Shown: one piece after another, positions 27,984 through 42,404 of the stretch
Position numbering within the stretch: position 1 is the stretch's first letter
Layout of the letters: each line of letters begins with the position of its first letter
Assembly: GCA_964016885.1 (NCBI GenBank)
Contig: OZ024742.1
Coordinates: 64,108,001 to 64,172,000, forward strand
From: Eledone cirrhosa
Taxonomy: Eukaryota
Length of the DNA: 64,000 bases
Direction of reading: 5' to 3'
Notes under the pieces: model-generated
What the model saw: the letters and a program-made list of their open reading frames with translations, nothing else
The model's database searches: none
What the model was told of the DNA's origin: nothing
Position numbers and translations under genes: made by a program

Positions 27984-28379
27984 TATTAGACCCCAAAATG
28001 GAAAAAATATCCATTTTTTTCCTTCTGGAGGCTTCTTTCTGTTATTATTGCACTACTTTTTGTACTAAAAAATACAGTGAAAGTTACTAATTCAATTCAA
28101 TTTTCAAATTCTAATCATAATCACATGATCTTTGTCACCCCTCTCTCTCTCCCTCCCTCTTTCTATCTCTCTCTCTCTTTCTCTGTATATATATATATAG
28201 TTGAGTGATTGGAACATCCAGTAACTGTAGGTTCGCCAAAGTGCGCACTCGATGCGTAGTTTCCAGTAGGTATACTGGTGTTGTACTAAACAGGGTGTAA
28301 TAATAATAATAATATTATTATTACAATGAAACTTATGTTTATTTTTTAAAGTTTTATCTATTTATTTGTTTATTTATTT

Positions 28380-31300
28380 ATGTTCGTCTACAGTGTGATG
28401 GTGCCACGCTAAAATCACTGGGGGTGATGAAATCACTGAGGGTGATGAAATCACCGGTGGTTATGTAACCATACATTCACCAATCCTCGATATGAGTGTT
28501 TAAATGTTGAACCTAAACAGTTCGAATAACGGTGAAGAAGAGACTGAAACGCCATGTGACAGACTCTCATCCAGCAAGTGCCCCCTGGTCCAGTAGCAGG
28601 GACCTGGCTGTCATCCAAATACTGCTGGTGTTGGAGGAAGAAGAGGAAGGAAACGGACAAGAACCAACTGGACGAAAGAATTGAATAGAACTGTCATGGA
28701 ATGTTACCTGAAGAGTAACTCCAAGGAAAAAGGCTATAGGAAACGGATGCATAACATCTGGATTGAGATTGGACTATTTAAATTAGATGAACAAAAATTG
28801 GCCGGGCAGGCTCAGATAATAAGAACTAATGAATGGATAAGCGAGTTGGAACTGGAGGAACTGAGCAGAGAGATTAAGTTGGAAATGGAGAGTGGAGTAT
28901 GTCAGGCAAACGAGCCAGTGTGAAATGAAGGTGAAGAGGTTGAGAGACCTGAAGAAGCATCCGAAGCAGACAATGATCTGAATACTGAAATAAATAATAC
29001 CTGGAACAAAGATACAGCCATTGAGGAAATGAATGCGGGCGGGCTAGGACAAGATTTGGTTGATATCCTGAACTTAGTGGTAGATGAAATGAACAATGAT
29101 AGTTGAAAACCTATGAACCTAAGATTTGTAGACAGGAAAAAGTTAAAAGAAACAACAGCTAAGGTAAACAAAGTCATCCCATACCTTGAGGCGAGGAACC
29201 TTCACCAATGCAACAATATCCTCAAAGCAACAGCAAATGTGGTGAGGAAATTACTTGGCATAAAAATGAGAGGAAACAACAAACAAGAAAAATCAGAACC
29301 TTGGTGGAAGAAATGACTGAATGGTCAAATCAAGGAAATGAGAAAAGACATTGGAAAGCTTGAGTCCCTACTGAATGGGACATTACAAAACATAGACACT
29401 AAAAATGGATTGGAAATAAAGTACAAAACTAGGGGGAAAAAGTTAAATATTATCATAGAGGAATTGAAGCAACGCATTGTAGCAAAAAGTGCAAAGATTA
29501 GGCGGTATGAGAGCAGAGCCAGTCTGTATAGACAGAACCGCATGTTTGACAACAACTAGAAGATGCTGTTTGGACAGCTTGAAGGGAAAGAAAGAGGCAA
29601 CGACTTGATCCCTGAGGCGGAACAGACTAAGACATTCTGGAGAGGAATATGGGAGCAGGATGTTGAACAGGCAGTGTGGATTTAGACAGTACAAAAGGAG
29701 ATTAGTGAACAAGCACACCAACAAACTGATTTGAGTATCACAGTTGAAACTCTTAAAGGGCAGGCCAAAAAACTAACCAACTGGAAATCACCAAGCCCAG
29801 ATGGTGTGCAGGGGTATTGTATTAAAAATATAACATCCCTCCACCCGAAACTGACAACCATGTTCAATGACTGCTTGATGTCGGGTGACATACCAGAGTG
29901 GTTGACAAAAGGTACCACAGTTCTGGTAATGAAAGACCGAATCAAGGGTAATGATGTTACCAACTATAGACCTATCACATGTCTGTCCGTAATGTGGAAA
30001 CTGTTAACAAGCATTGTGTCTGAGGAAATCTACCATCACCTCCACATAAACAACTTGTTACCGGTCGAACAGAAAGGATGCCGAAAGAAGTCCCATGGTA
30101 CAAAAGACCAGTTACTTATTGATAAGATGGTAATGAGGAATTGCAAGAGGAGACACACTGGTCTTGCCATGGGATGGATAGATTACAAAAAGGCATTCGA
30201 CATGGTACCTCATTCTTGGATAACCAAAAGCCTAGAGATCTTCAAGGTGGCAGATAACATCAGACAGTGGTTGAGCAAAAGTATGAAGTCCTGGGAAACA
30301 GAGTTAACATTGGGTGGAGAATCCTTGGGAGGCGTGAAGATCAAGAGAGGTATCTTCCAGGGAGATAGTTTGTCCCCTCTTCTGTTTATCCTTACCCTGA
30401 TATCCCTGACCATTATATTGCGAAAAGTGAGAGCAATATACAAGTTGGGAAAAGGAGAGCTTACCATGAACCACCTCCTCTTCATGGACGATCTTAAACT
30501 CTTTGGGAAGAGTGAGAAGGAGTTGGATGTACTTGTTGACACTGTCCGTATTTTCAGCAATGATATATGTATGCAATTTGGTATTAATAAGTGTGGAGTC
30601 CTAGTGATGAAGAGGGTTAAATTGAGCAGAAGCAACGGAATCCAGGTACCAACAGATGAGATGATAAAGGAAATTGACACTGAAGAAGGATACAAATATT
30701 TAGGTGTTCTGGAGGCAGATGACATCAAGAACAAAAAAATGAAGGAATTGATAAGATCTGAGTACATTAAGAGAGTAAGGAGCGTATTAAAATCACATCT
30801 AAATAGTAGGAATGTCATAAGTGCAGTAAATTCCCGAGCTGTGTCTATTATTAGGTACAGTGCAGGAATTCTGAAATGGAATGTTGCTGAATAAAAAGAA
30901 ATGGATAGGAAGACTAGGAAGCTATTGACTATCTACAACATGTTCCACACAAGAGGAGTGATGTCGATAGACTCTACTTAAAGAGATCTGAAGGTGGAAG
31001 AGGTCTTATCAGCATAGAGGACTGTGTTCAGATGGAGGAAAAAAAACAACCTGCACAAATACGTGACTGACAGTTGGGAGCCAATGCTCAAAATTGTACT
31101 GAAGGAGAGGACAATAGACCAGGGGATGTCCAAGGAGGAAATAACAACAAGGAGGAAGAGCAACCTTCATGAAAAATCCCTTCATAGTACCTTCTTTAAG
31201 AAAACTGAATTTAGAGATCCACAGACATGGAACTGGTTAAAAAGAGGAGACCTTAAAAAGGCTACAGAAGGAATGCTAATGGCTGCGCAAGAGCAGGCCC

Positions 31301-32008
31301 TCAGAACGAAGTGGGTGAAACACCATATTTACAAGGAGGAGGCTAACCCACTGTGTAGGATCTGTGGAGAGAGAGAGGAGACTGTGGCTCACATTGTATC
31401 CGAGTGTAAACACCTAGCCCACACTCACTATAAAGGCTGGAGACATGATGTGATGGGCAGGGTGATCCACTGGCACCTATGCAAAGTAAACAATTTACCA
31501 CATTCTGAGAAGTGGTATGAGCATAAGCCAGAGTCGGTGATAGAAAACGATCAGGTGAAGGTTCTATAGGATTTTAGGATACAGATGGACAAGAAATTAG
31601 AACACAATAGGCCTGACCTGGTGGTTTTGGACAAGGAAAAAATGTTGTGCCTGATTGTAGATGAAGCCTGTCCATTTGACACGAGAGTGCAAGAAAAGGA
31701 GGAGAAAATTAACCGATACCAGGACTTAAAGTAGGAGGTAAAAAGGATTTGGAACTGCCATGAAGTCAAAGTGGTCCCGATTGTCATAGGCGCACTAGGT
31801 AATATCTCAAAGAGTTTCCAAGGATGGTTAATGAAGATTAGTCCAGCCCCGCTTTTTGGAACACTTCAAAAGGCATGCTTGCTGGGAACAGCAATAACCC
31901 TCCGATACGTCCTGAATATCTGAGGCTGCAGGTAGCGGCTTGATATTCATTTCAACAAACTTTCCAATTAAATAACATCAATGACTGAGACTCAAAGAAT
32001 GATAATAA
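28380..32008 (+). mobile_element. Near full-length R4/Dong-clade LINE (single ORF, RT plus RLE), with stops and frameshifts
   Basis: N-terminal MECYLKS..RKRMHNIW; RT motifs YRPITCL, WIDYKKAFD, GIFQGDSLSPLLF, HLLFMDDLKL; CCHC CRICGEREETVAHIVSEC; RHD; NRPDLVV nuclease motif; TAA-rich flanks. Confidence 0.92.
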
Positions 32009-32129
32009 TGGTTTCCAGTATAAGCACAAGACCAGCAATTTTGGGGGAGGGGAAAGTCGATTAAATCGACCCCAGTACGTTACTGGTACTTTATTTTATC
32101 GATCCCATAAGGATGAAAGGCAAAGTTAA

Positions 32130-33250
32130 CCTTGGCCACCCTGACCACCAAGGCAGTGTCCTCTCTAAGTTTTCCCACTCCTCAGTCTACAGGCGCATAC
32201 TCAGAGTGGGCCCGTTCACTCGGACCAGAGTCGCCACTTTCACCCACCTTTCAACAAACTTACGAGAAGACAGCACTTGCCTCTCCACCCTGATTTTCCT
32301 CTTCAAGTGAAACTTGTAAAAGTTAATCAGGGATTGGCCGGAGAGGAAAGTGTCCGTCTTCAACCTTTTCAACCTTGTCCACCACACAATCTCTTTCGTC
32401 ATGGCCGCCAGGCAGATGATAACTGCCTGCCCTTCCCCCTCTTTAAAGGGGGGATGGCGGGGCTATCTGCACAATGGACTCAGTCGACAACTGGATCCGT
32501 GCTACATGCAACAGCAACTGTTCAACATAGCTCCACAAGTCAGCAATGCTCAGGGACTGAACGAGTGCGTGCATCTCGGACAGGCTCGGCTGACAGCACC
32601 TCCGTGCCTGTAGAGTTTATCCTGAACCGGCAATGCTCCCCGGTAGCACTGCCAGGCCAGGGATTTCTGGAAGTTGTCCTGGGCTGAAAGTTCGCTTGAA
32701 GAGAGTGAACAGCTGATCGTCTTCAACGCCCAGGGTCTCCCTGAGAAAGTTGTCGCTCTTTCCCTCCACTAGCCCTCTATATAACGCTGAGGTGGATGTT
32801 CCACCAATATCAGAGCCCAGCTGGTAGAGGGCAGTGAACACTTGGAGACATTCCAGCTTCTAAGCGCTATCCCTCAGTCTTTTCCTGATCCAGGACTGCA
32901 GCTCCGTCAAGGAGACGAGCTGGGGAAAAGAGCGTCTGGCAAACGGCGACCACACCTGTTCACCGTCAAGGAAGTACCAGAGATGTCGCAGCCTCAGCGC
33001 ATGTTTGCGCATCTTCAGCCATGGCATGCCCAGTCCTCCACGCAACGGGTATTGACAGCAGATGGATCGTCTGACCATGGGAGCACGTTCCTTCCACAAA
33101 AAGCAGAAGAGAAGGCGCTCCATTTTGGTCAGAATTGGGTGGGGGCATGGCACGATGGTCAGGCGGCAGCAGATGACGGATGCGATGTATGCATTCGCTA
33201 CCTCCGCCCGACCTTTCAGAGACAGCCTCCTCTTGGCCCATTTCTAGGTG
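32130..33250 (-). mobile_element. L1/Tx1-clade LINE 3' fragment
   Basis: FCFLWKER...PLRGGLGMPWL; C-terminal KEIVWWTRL...FKFHL.RKIRVER. Confidence 0.8.
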
Positions 33251-33292
33251 AGAGAAGCCACCCTGCTAACTTCAGCAAGATTTCTACTAATA

Positions 33293-33488
33293 ATTGTTTC
33301 TACATTTGGCACAAGGCCAGCAATTATCTCAGTACATTACTGGTACTTTATTTTATCGACCCCGTAAGGATGAAAGGCTAAGTTAACCTCGGCGGGATTT
33401 GAACTCAGAATGGAAAGGGCCGTAACTCTATGCGTCAAAGCATGGCATCCGACCCTCTACCGATACTGCCAATTCACCGCCCTTTTCG
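33293..33488 (-). mobile_element. Full tRNA-derived SINE with TSD
   Basis: A and B boxes on the minus strand; gatttctactaata repeated on both sides. Confidence 0.85.
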
Positions 33489-33515
33489 GATTTCTACTAA
33501 TAATAATAATAATAA

Positions 33516-34130
33516 TTCTTTCTTTATTGGTCACAAGGGCCTACATATAGGGGATAATACAAAAAGACAGAGACAGTTGGAGTTTACTATAAAATTGAAT
33601 AAAAAAAAGTACAACACTAACAAAAAATAAAAATACAAACAACAGAATTCCCAAATAGGGGGGGGGGGATCACCCAGGGTTGACTCAGGTACACCACCAA
33701 TCCTGAACCACCCGACGCTTCGAAAGCTCCCGGTAAGTGCATCTCTGTCACCCTCAAATCAACCAGCCTACAGGCACATGTTCAGAGTAGGCTCATTCAC
33801 ATGGGCCATTCTCGCCACAGTCACCCACGTTTTAGCAAATGTATTGAAGAGCAGCACTTCTCTCTCCACCCTCACCTTCCTTTCCAAGTAAAACTTGAAA
33901 AAGGGGATGAGGGATTGGCCGAAGAGAAAAGTGTCTGTCTTCAGTCCTTTCAACTTGGTCCACCATACAACCTCTTTTGCTACGACCACCAGACAGAGGA
34001 AAACTGCCTCTCCTTCCTGGTCAAAAGAAGGCAGTGAGACGATCTTCACCATGGACTCTGTTGATAGCTGGATCCTTCCTACATGCAACAGCAACTGTTT
34101 GGCAAAACTCCACAAGTCAGCAATGCAAAT
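33516..34130 (-). mobile_element. L1/Tx1 3' end
   Basis: KEVVWWTKLKGLKTDTFL...; 3' end cccttgtgaccaataaagaaag followed by (ATT)n. Confidence 0.8.
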
Positions 34131-36901
34131 TTGGGGGAGGGGAAAGGCAATCAAATCAACCCCAGTATGTTACTGGTACTTTATTTTATCAACCCTGCAA
34201 GGATGAAAAGCAAAGCCAACCTCGGCGGGATTTGAATTTAGAACGTAAAGGGCCATAACTATGCTGCAAAGCAGGTTGTCTGACGCTCTAACGATTCTGA
34301 ATAATAATAATAATAATAATAATAAATATGATGATCATGAGACATGAGAGAATGGCTAACTTAACTGAAGATTGAAATAATCCCAAAGCTAGCTAAGCTT
34401 TCTATCCAGCAAACTGAGAGATAGACAAGAAAGAACAAAATCTAAATCTACCTAGCTTGGAAGACTCATTATTGAAATGTTTAATTATGATATTATATCT
34501 GGGTATCAGCAATTTAATGTGGAAGATAGAGCTTGTGGGAGGGAACAATAGAAATTCACATACTGTTTCTTTATTGTAACATTACTGATTAAGCTGTGAA
34601 ACAAGAAATATAAGTGTTATCTTTAATAATCCTGCAGCTTTATTCTGAAAGCTGTACTTTGGAAGATTAAAGCAATGCAACAAGGGTTGAGCCACAGACA
34701 TCTGTCCAGATCTAGAGATTAAAGCAACAGTACAGTAATGAGTTGAGCTACAGACAACTATCTTGAGATTATCTCATTTGGCAATTCAAAAATGTAACTA
34801 TCATTATGACTTTAAAAGAAGGGTAGAGTTTTCTGTAGTTTATATAGAAGAAAGAAGTGGATGGCAGACTTGATAGATCATTAGACAAAATATCCTGTGG
34901 TTTTTAGCTGTGGGTCTTTACATCTTGCATTCAAATCTTTCTATCTTCAGTCCATGTCTGTTTGTCATTGTTCTCCAGACAATAGCAAAAGAGTTTAACA
35001 CTGACTAACTGTGGAAACTTCTATATGTTGGTGATACAATTCTTATAACTGATTCTACAGTAGAGTTAAAGAAGAAATTCCAGATATGGAAACAACATTT
35101 GGAATCAAAAGGCCGAGTATCAAAGTTATAAATTCCCCACAAATTTACAACCTCAGTCTCATGAAAATGTTGCACAAGGAGCCACCCCACCATTTTCATA
35201 CAGTAGATATTGATGAGGTATAACAGTAACTTCCTTGCATTCATTATGATCATGTAGTTGTGATGAATTCTCTCTTAAAATCCAGGGCATTCAGGAAAAT
35301 GGATTTAAAGGTTGAAAGTTCACAATATCATATGTTGTTTCCAGTGTAGTAGAACAAATTGATGATGGCATCACATAAGATCCATTGCTCTAATCACATG
35401 ATATTTCTAATCTGGAAGTTAATAACATCAAGAAGATGCTTGCAAACAATTTCTAATTCAAGGTAAGTTGGTTTTGTGAACATTCCTGATAATGTGTTGT
35501 GTGTATAGTGCACTGTTCATAGCAACACAATCGATGCAGTTTTCTATTTCTGATAATTTGCAGTGTACATAGCAACATAATCCATGCAGTTTTCTGTTTC
35601 TAATAATGTGCAGTGTCAATACTAACACAATCTATGCAGTCTTCAATTTTTAGTAGAGAAGCGAGTTCTTGTATTTTCATGTCTGTTTATGGCACTATAT
35701 GCAATTGGATTGCTTTTTTATATGTTTTTGCACTGTTATTTGTTAAAAGCTAAGTATACATGGTTGTGCTTAATGCATATATGTTCTGCAGCACCTCATT
35801 ATAACAATCTGCTAAGAGTGGCTTTAATGAAAAATTAAAGGCATCATGAACAGTCAAGAATTTTGTAACTCTAATAAGACATACTTTCTCACTCATTCAC
35901 AATTGTCATAAGTTCTTGAACTCATATTCCATCAGCCAAAGTTTGACTGTCCAAATCATCTTGCATGTTGACTAAGGAGAAGCAATGTCAAGAGTTGCTT
36001 CTTTTAACATCTCTACACATTCAGGAACAAAGATAATTTCATATCTCTGTCACAATTTGTCTGGAAACTCAGAGACATACTCTTCAAATATATGGAACAT
36101 TGTTAATAAGATCAAATCATGAAACAACCTGGAGATCAGAAATTTTGTTCATCAACAGAAGTTTCTTTTAAAAAAGTTCCCAAATCTCCATAAAAATCTG
36201 ATTTAGCTAATCCTAACCAACCCCGTGAAGTATTTGACACTGAAGATGACAACTCTGAGTTCCATAACTCTTCAATGCAAAGTAGCACAAGAACAGTGTT
36301 TCTACAACAAGTCCTTCAATGTAACAGCTGTAATCGATGAGAATTGACATTACAAGTGAACCTGAAGATATAATATATTTTGCCATCTTTCACATCCACA
36401 ATATTGTATAAAAGACCCCAAGCATGCTCCTGATGTGTTTGCCTATGTAAAACTCTGAGTAAGGATGGATAGAATCATTGATTTTTTTTCTAGACACTAC
36501 ACCTAAATTTAAAAGGGAATAATATACTTGAAATCAACCATAGTACATTTTATAGATCACCTTTACCTCAGAGGGATGGAAGACAAAGTCTAAATATATT
36601 TGATTAGTAAATAGAGAAACAATACTAAACCACCCCTACCAAAGTCATCAAATGTCCATTCTTATATAACTGATGTATACTGTAACTTACAGAAAGCTTT
36701 TGTTCCTTGGATCAAGCATGACAATTTACTTGTCTGATTTTCATTCAGAAAACTGTATGTAGATATACATATATGGCAGAGTCAATAAAATGTTTTACAA
36801 TAGCCATTCTCTGCAGTTTGAATTCAAATCCCACCAAGATCAACTTTGCCTTTCGTCCTTTCAATGTTAACAAAAACTACCAGTTCAGTACTGGGATTGA
36901 T

Positions 36902-37013
<112 letters not shown>

Positions 37014-37170
37014 AAGAGAATATTTTCGTATCGTGAGAGAGTAGAGGGATAAGTGATACATATAGTTAATTGCCAAAAGCTGGTGCATTTGTGCTCAATA
37101 CTTGTGCCTACAGGGCTAAATATCAGAAGCGTTAATATTTAGTGGGCGAGAATATAAGCAGAGCGGTTAC

Positions 37171-37323
37171 AAATGAAAGGATTACAAAGGAGAATACATA
37201 CAGTTAGAACATGTTTATACATGTTCTAACTGTTAGAACATGTTTATACATGTTCTAACATACTGTTAGAACATGTTTATACATGTTCTAACAGTATGTA
37301 TTCTCCTTTTAATCCTTTCATTT
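37171..37323. repeat. Palindrome with a triplicated central hairpin
   Basis: Arms aaatgaaaggatta..aaggagaatacatac; three copies of gttagaacatg-tttata-catgttctaac. Confidence 0.8.
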
Positions 37324-38137
37324 ATATATATATATATCATCATTTAATGCCTAAGACAGTACTTAATCAAAGATTGGTTAGGGGTTGCATTATGCTTACA
37401 TACTCTCCTGCACATATCAGAGTGCACTGGGTGCATTATATCATGGCACCATCACTGGGGACGTTTCTCATGCTTTTGACTCAACTGAAGAGTCCTCACA
37501 ATCCTTTGTTTAGGCAAGTTTTCTGTCTAGATGCCCTTCCTAATGCCAATCACAGCGTGTATTGAGTATATATTTCTTGGCACTTGGAAGGTTGTCAGTC
37601 AGTGACTCGACTGAAAAGCTCTCTCTCTACCCTATGAGAAGGGGATGATGTTGGCTTGTCCCAAGTAAGATGGTTTTGAGAAGCATAGGCTGAAGTGAGG
37701 CATGAAGTATGACAATAAGTGGGAAGAAGTACGGCAAGTCTGATGCTATGGTGCAGGTCTGATGTCATAGGTGTGTGACAAGTGTGTGTGGATTTAATGG
37801 GGTGAGAAGGTATATCATGGCTGTATGACATATGTGGTAGGATTTGTTAGGGTGATGTGAGAGCAGACTGGGGTTGAGGGATGGAGGAATGATGATGATG
37901 ATGATATAAACATACACAAATTCTTTCTCACTGGTCCAGTAATGGTTACTTATCAGACAAAGACTCAGACAGAAAGATAGATAGATAAAAGACAGACAAG
38001 TAGGTAGACAGGCAGGCAGACAACAGACAGACAGATAGGCAGATAAAAAGATATATATAGAGAGATAGATAGATAGATAGAGAGATAGATAGATAGATAT
38101 ATAGTTAGATAGATAGACAGAAGGATAGATAGATATA

Positions 38138-40470
38138 TTTCTTTATTTGCCACAAGGGCGCAAAAGATGGGGACAAATACAATTGGGCAGTTTACATACA
38201 AGGCATGTAAAAATGTATAACAAAAATGATCAATAAAACAAACAAAATCCCCAATAGGAGGGGAGGCGTTGCAAATGGGTTGCACACACCTCAAAAAAAA
38301 ACCTCATCTCCAGGAGCGTGAAGAGTGAGCACTCCTCTCCTCTCTTCCCCTTCTTCCTCGACCTACAGGCTTATATAAAGAGAAGGCCCAACCACTCGGG
38401 CCATCCTTGCCACATTCACCCACCTTTCGTAAAATTTGCTGGGGTGCAGCACCTTTCTCTCCACTCTGATTCTTCTTCTAAAATGATATTTGAAGAAGCG
38501 AACCAGTTGTTCGCCGGAGAGAAAGGTGTCTGACCTCAGCCCTTTCAGTCTCGTCCACCATATAGCCTCTTTCACCATAGCCATTACACAGAGGAAAACC
38601 GCTTCTCCTTCGTTTTTGAAGGAAGGTGGCGGTTTGATCGCAATAATGGACTCGGTAGTCAACCGGATTTGTCCCACCCGCGATAGTAGTCATTCTGCGT
38701 AGCTTCACAGGTCGGTAACGCCCGGGCAGTGTACGAATGCGTGCGCGATGGTTTCCTCGTCCCGCACGCATCTCGGACAGATCTTCTTCGAGGGATCCCT
38801 GCCCAGGCACCCGTGTCTGTAGAGCTTGTCTCGAACTGGTAGAGCTCCTCAGTAGCACTGCCAGGCCAGGGACTTTTGGAAGTTGTCCATCGGTCCTGGG
38901 CGGACGGTCCTACCGAACAGACTGGCCAGTTCGTCTTCCTCTACGCCTAGAGTTTCTCCGAGAGTGTCGTCACACTTGCTGCGGACTAGCCCGCTATAGA
39001 ATGATGAGGCCGTCACCTCATTCCAGTTTTTCTCTACCTGGAGGTCCGGTCCGAACCAGACCCTGAGCAGCTTCACCGGTTCCTCCATCCAGCGCCCGTC
39101 GGTTTGCCTCTCCACAATCCAAGTTGCAAACCGACGGACTTGTCCCGGTTCAGCTTCGCTCTTGTGAACCTTTCGTATTCCTCCAGTAAGGTGCCGATCT
39201 CCCCGATTTGTGAGGTGTTCAACACCATTACTGTCACTGTCACGCTTTTTGCAGTCCCGGTTCCAATGGGATGCCCTGCAGTAGCTCCAACTTCTGCAGT
39301 AGTGGCTCGAGAGTCAGTACGTACAGAAGGGAGGAGAGAGGGCATCCCTGTCGGATGGATCGCGTGATTTGGAATGGCTCTGAGGGGTAGCCATTCACCT
39401 TGACCCTTGAGCAGATGTTGCTGCTGTGCATGGCAGCAATCCAGCCCCTGAACACGGGTCCGAAGCCTGCCGCCGCAACCACTGTATCCAGGTAATGATG
39501 GTTGACTCTATCGAATGCCTTAGACTGATCCAAATTTATCAGTGCCCCACCGAAGCTGGGTTCACACCCTACCCTCTCTACGATGTATCGAATGAGGTGG
39601 AGGTTGTCGTGTATGGACCTGGTCAGGATTGCGCATGTCTGCGCTTCTCCCACCAGGTTTTCGACGCCAAGCGCCAGCCTCTTTGCCAACACCTTGGCCA
39701 AAATCTGTAACTCTGTGTTTAGCAGAGTTATAGGCCGGAAGTTATTAATGTCGTCCCCCTTGTTCTCGTCCTTCCTGACCAGCATTACTACGCCTTGGAA
39801 TTCCCCGTCGAGACCTGGAGATTTGCGTTTGCTGCATTGGATCAGCGCGTCCCCTATCTCAGCGGCCGAAATCGGCCTTTCGCAGAACTTCGCCTCCCCG
39901 TCCGAGAGTCGCGGCAGGCCATCGAGGTATGGACCGAAATCCATAGCCCCTCCCGGTGTGCCACCCTGCCCGAATAGTTGTGCAAAGTGCCACTGAAAGG
40001 CCGCGCACATCTGCTCCGGTTCAAGTATCACTCGTCTTGGTCCTTCAAAGACCTAATCGTGGACTTGTTGTCACTTTCGCCTCTCTCACTCGGGCCCAGC
40101 TAACAGCTTTGGCTCCCTCATTTCCCAGAGCACGTGATTTACTCTTGACAATGCAGCCTTTATGCTTTGCATCGAAGAACTGGTTCAGGGTTGTTCTTGT
40201 CGCTAGCACATTAGCTACGCTGCCATTCCTAATCACCTCTTCTACTTTATCTACCAGTTCCTTTTCAGTCTTATTCCTATCTAACACTAGTTCTTTACTA
40301 AAGCCTATCAATTCTAATTGCTCTCTTGAGAGAGCACCACCACCTGTTGTTGACGATGGCCCCCGTCAACTGTTGCTTAACTAAAGTGCTAATCTGACTA
40401 TTGTATGCTTTACGTGTCAGTAACGACAGGTTCAGCTTCCAGTAGCCGGGTCCCTGCCTATGGGTTCTAT
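38138..40470 (-). mobile_element. L1/Tx1-clade LINE (RT to 3' end, internally deleted)
   Basis: GPGYWKLN, KSPGLDG, NFRPITLLNTE, LDQSKAFDRVNH, SIRQGCPLSSLLY; both flanks are (GATA/GACA)n. Confidence 0.9.
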
Positions 40471-40689
40471 CAAAGATAGATAGATAGGCAGACAAAGAAA
40501 TAGATAGACAGACAAATGGATTGACGGAGAGGCGGAAGCAGACATACAAAGACATAGATAGACAGATAAATCGACAGACACAATCAAGCAGATAAACAAA
40601 CTGACATATAAACATGTTGGTGATTACATAAATGTATTTAAACTACAGTTTATATAGAAATATAATCTTCTATAAATATAAATCCATGT

Positions 40690-42000
40690 AGATGTCATAT
40701 AAGGACAGACAACAATCACATACACACAGATGCATTCACACAGACACATACACAAATACTCAGACATACACACATGCACATACATTCATAGACACAGACG
40801 CACACACAAAGATAGACACACATACATGCACACACAGACATAAACACACACAGATACTGAGATACACATATACCCCCCCCCCACACACACACACATACAC
40901 ACAAACACAAACACATATACACAAATACACAGACACACACATGCACAGACATTCGTAGACACAGACATACACTCACACACATACACACAGTCGCAGACAC
41001 ACACTCATACACATACACATAGACACAGATATACATGTACACACATACACACAGTTGCAGACACACACTCATACACATACACATAGACACAGACATACAC
41101 GCACACACATACACACAGACACAAACACAGACACACACTCACACACATACACACAGACGCTTACAGACACACATGTAGACACACTCACACACAAACACAG
41201 AGATACAGACATACACAGATAGACATGCACACACACACTCATAGACACAGACACACACACACAGATTCACACACATACTCACACACACATACACCCAGAC
41301 ACTGACACAGACACACAAATACACAGGCAACAACAACAACAACCATAACAACAACAATCAGTCTATTCAAACTAAGTAATCAACAGATTATACCTAACTT
41401 CACTAACAATCCAATATATTGACTGTCTCTGTCTGTGGCAATCATTGTGTATGTGTATGTGTATGTGTATGTGTGTGTGTGTGTGTGTGTGCATTTGTGT
41501 ATGTGTGAGAGCTTTTGTGTATCACTGTTGTGTGTGCCTGTGTGTCTTTCTGTGTATATGTCTGTCTTTGTGAGTGTGCGTATGTGTGTGTATGTGTCTG
41601 TGTGTGTCTGTATGTGTCTGTGTGTGTGTGTGTTTGTGTGTATATGTGAGTGTGAGTGTGTGTATGTGGCTGTATGTGCCTCTGTGTGTGTGTCAGCGTG
41701 TATATGTGTATATGTGAGTGTGAGTGTGTGTATGTGGCTGTATGTGCCTCTGTGTGTATGTGAGTGTGTATGTGTGTGTATGTGAGTGTGAGTCTGTGTA
41801 TGTGTGTGTGTCTGTGTGTGTATGTGTGTATATGTGAGTGTGAGTGTCTGTATGTGTCTGTATGCGTCTTTATGTATCTGTGTGTGTATGTATGTGTGTA
41901 TATGTGAGTGTGAGTGTGTGTATGTGTATGTGCGAGTCTGTGTGTATATGTATATATGTGTGTATATGTATATATGTGTGCTTATGTGTGTGTGTCTGTA
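40690..42000. repeat. Degenerate (CA)n block followed by a (TG)n block
   Basis: Low-complexity dinucleotide repeats in opposite orientation. Confidence 0.85.
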
Positions 42001-42122
42001 TGTTCAATCAGTTAGTCCGGTGTACCAGTTGTGGGAGGAAGAAAGGGAATTATCCTGAAACCAAATCCTTGCAACAGACTGGACTCTGCTTATGTCACAC
42101 AAAGTTCTAGGTTGTGGTGTTA

Positions 42123-42339
42123 ACCCTTTCATGACTGCAATTCTAATGAAATACATTGTTTCAATTAATTAATGACGAATTTTGAGGGATTTATTAAAAT
42201 TATCAATCATTTCATTATTAAGATAGTAACCTAATGTAAGGTTCTTATATAAAATTATGCTGGAAGATTTTAATATAAATTAGAAACTTTTAAAATGGAT
42301 GACTTTATTTCAGGTTTGGTTGGATTGGTAACAAAAGGG
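42123..42339. mobile_element. Old piggyBac-like MITE
   Basis: ttaa|ccctttc ... aaaaggg|tga ends. Confidence 0.45.
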
Positions 42340-42404
42340 TGATTGTGTTAAATTGTGCCACTGTGTATATGTGTGCTTGTGTATAATAGTGACATTTATC
42401 ATCT

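Noticed and set aside
28400-28452. HHR-like fold in the R4 5' region with an 18-bp duplication
   Set aside because: The core is not canonical and the tandem duplication explains the pattern.
35270-36480. Complex-looking sequence, possible exons
   Set aside because: Stops in the frames I read and no recognisable motif; probably old transposon debris.
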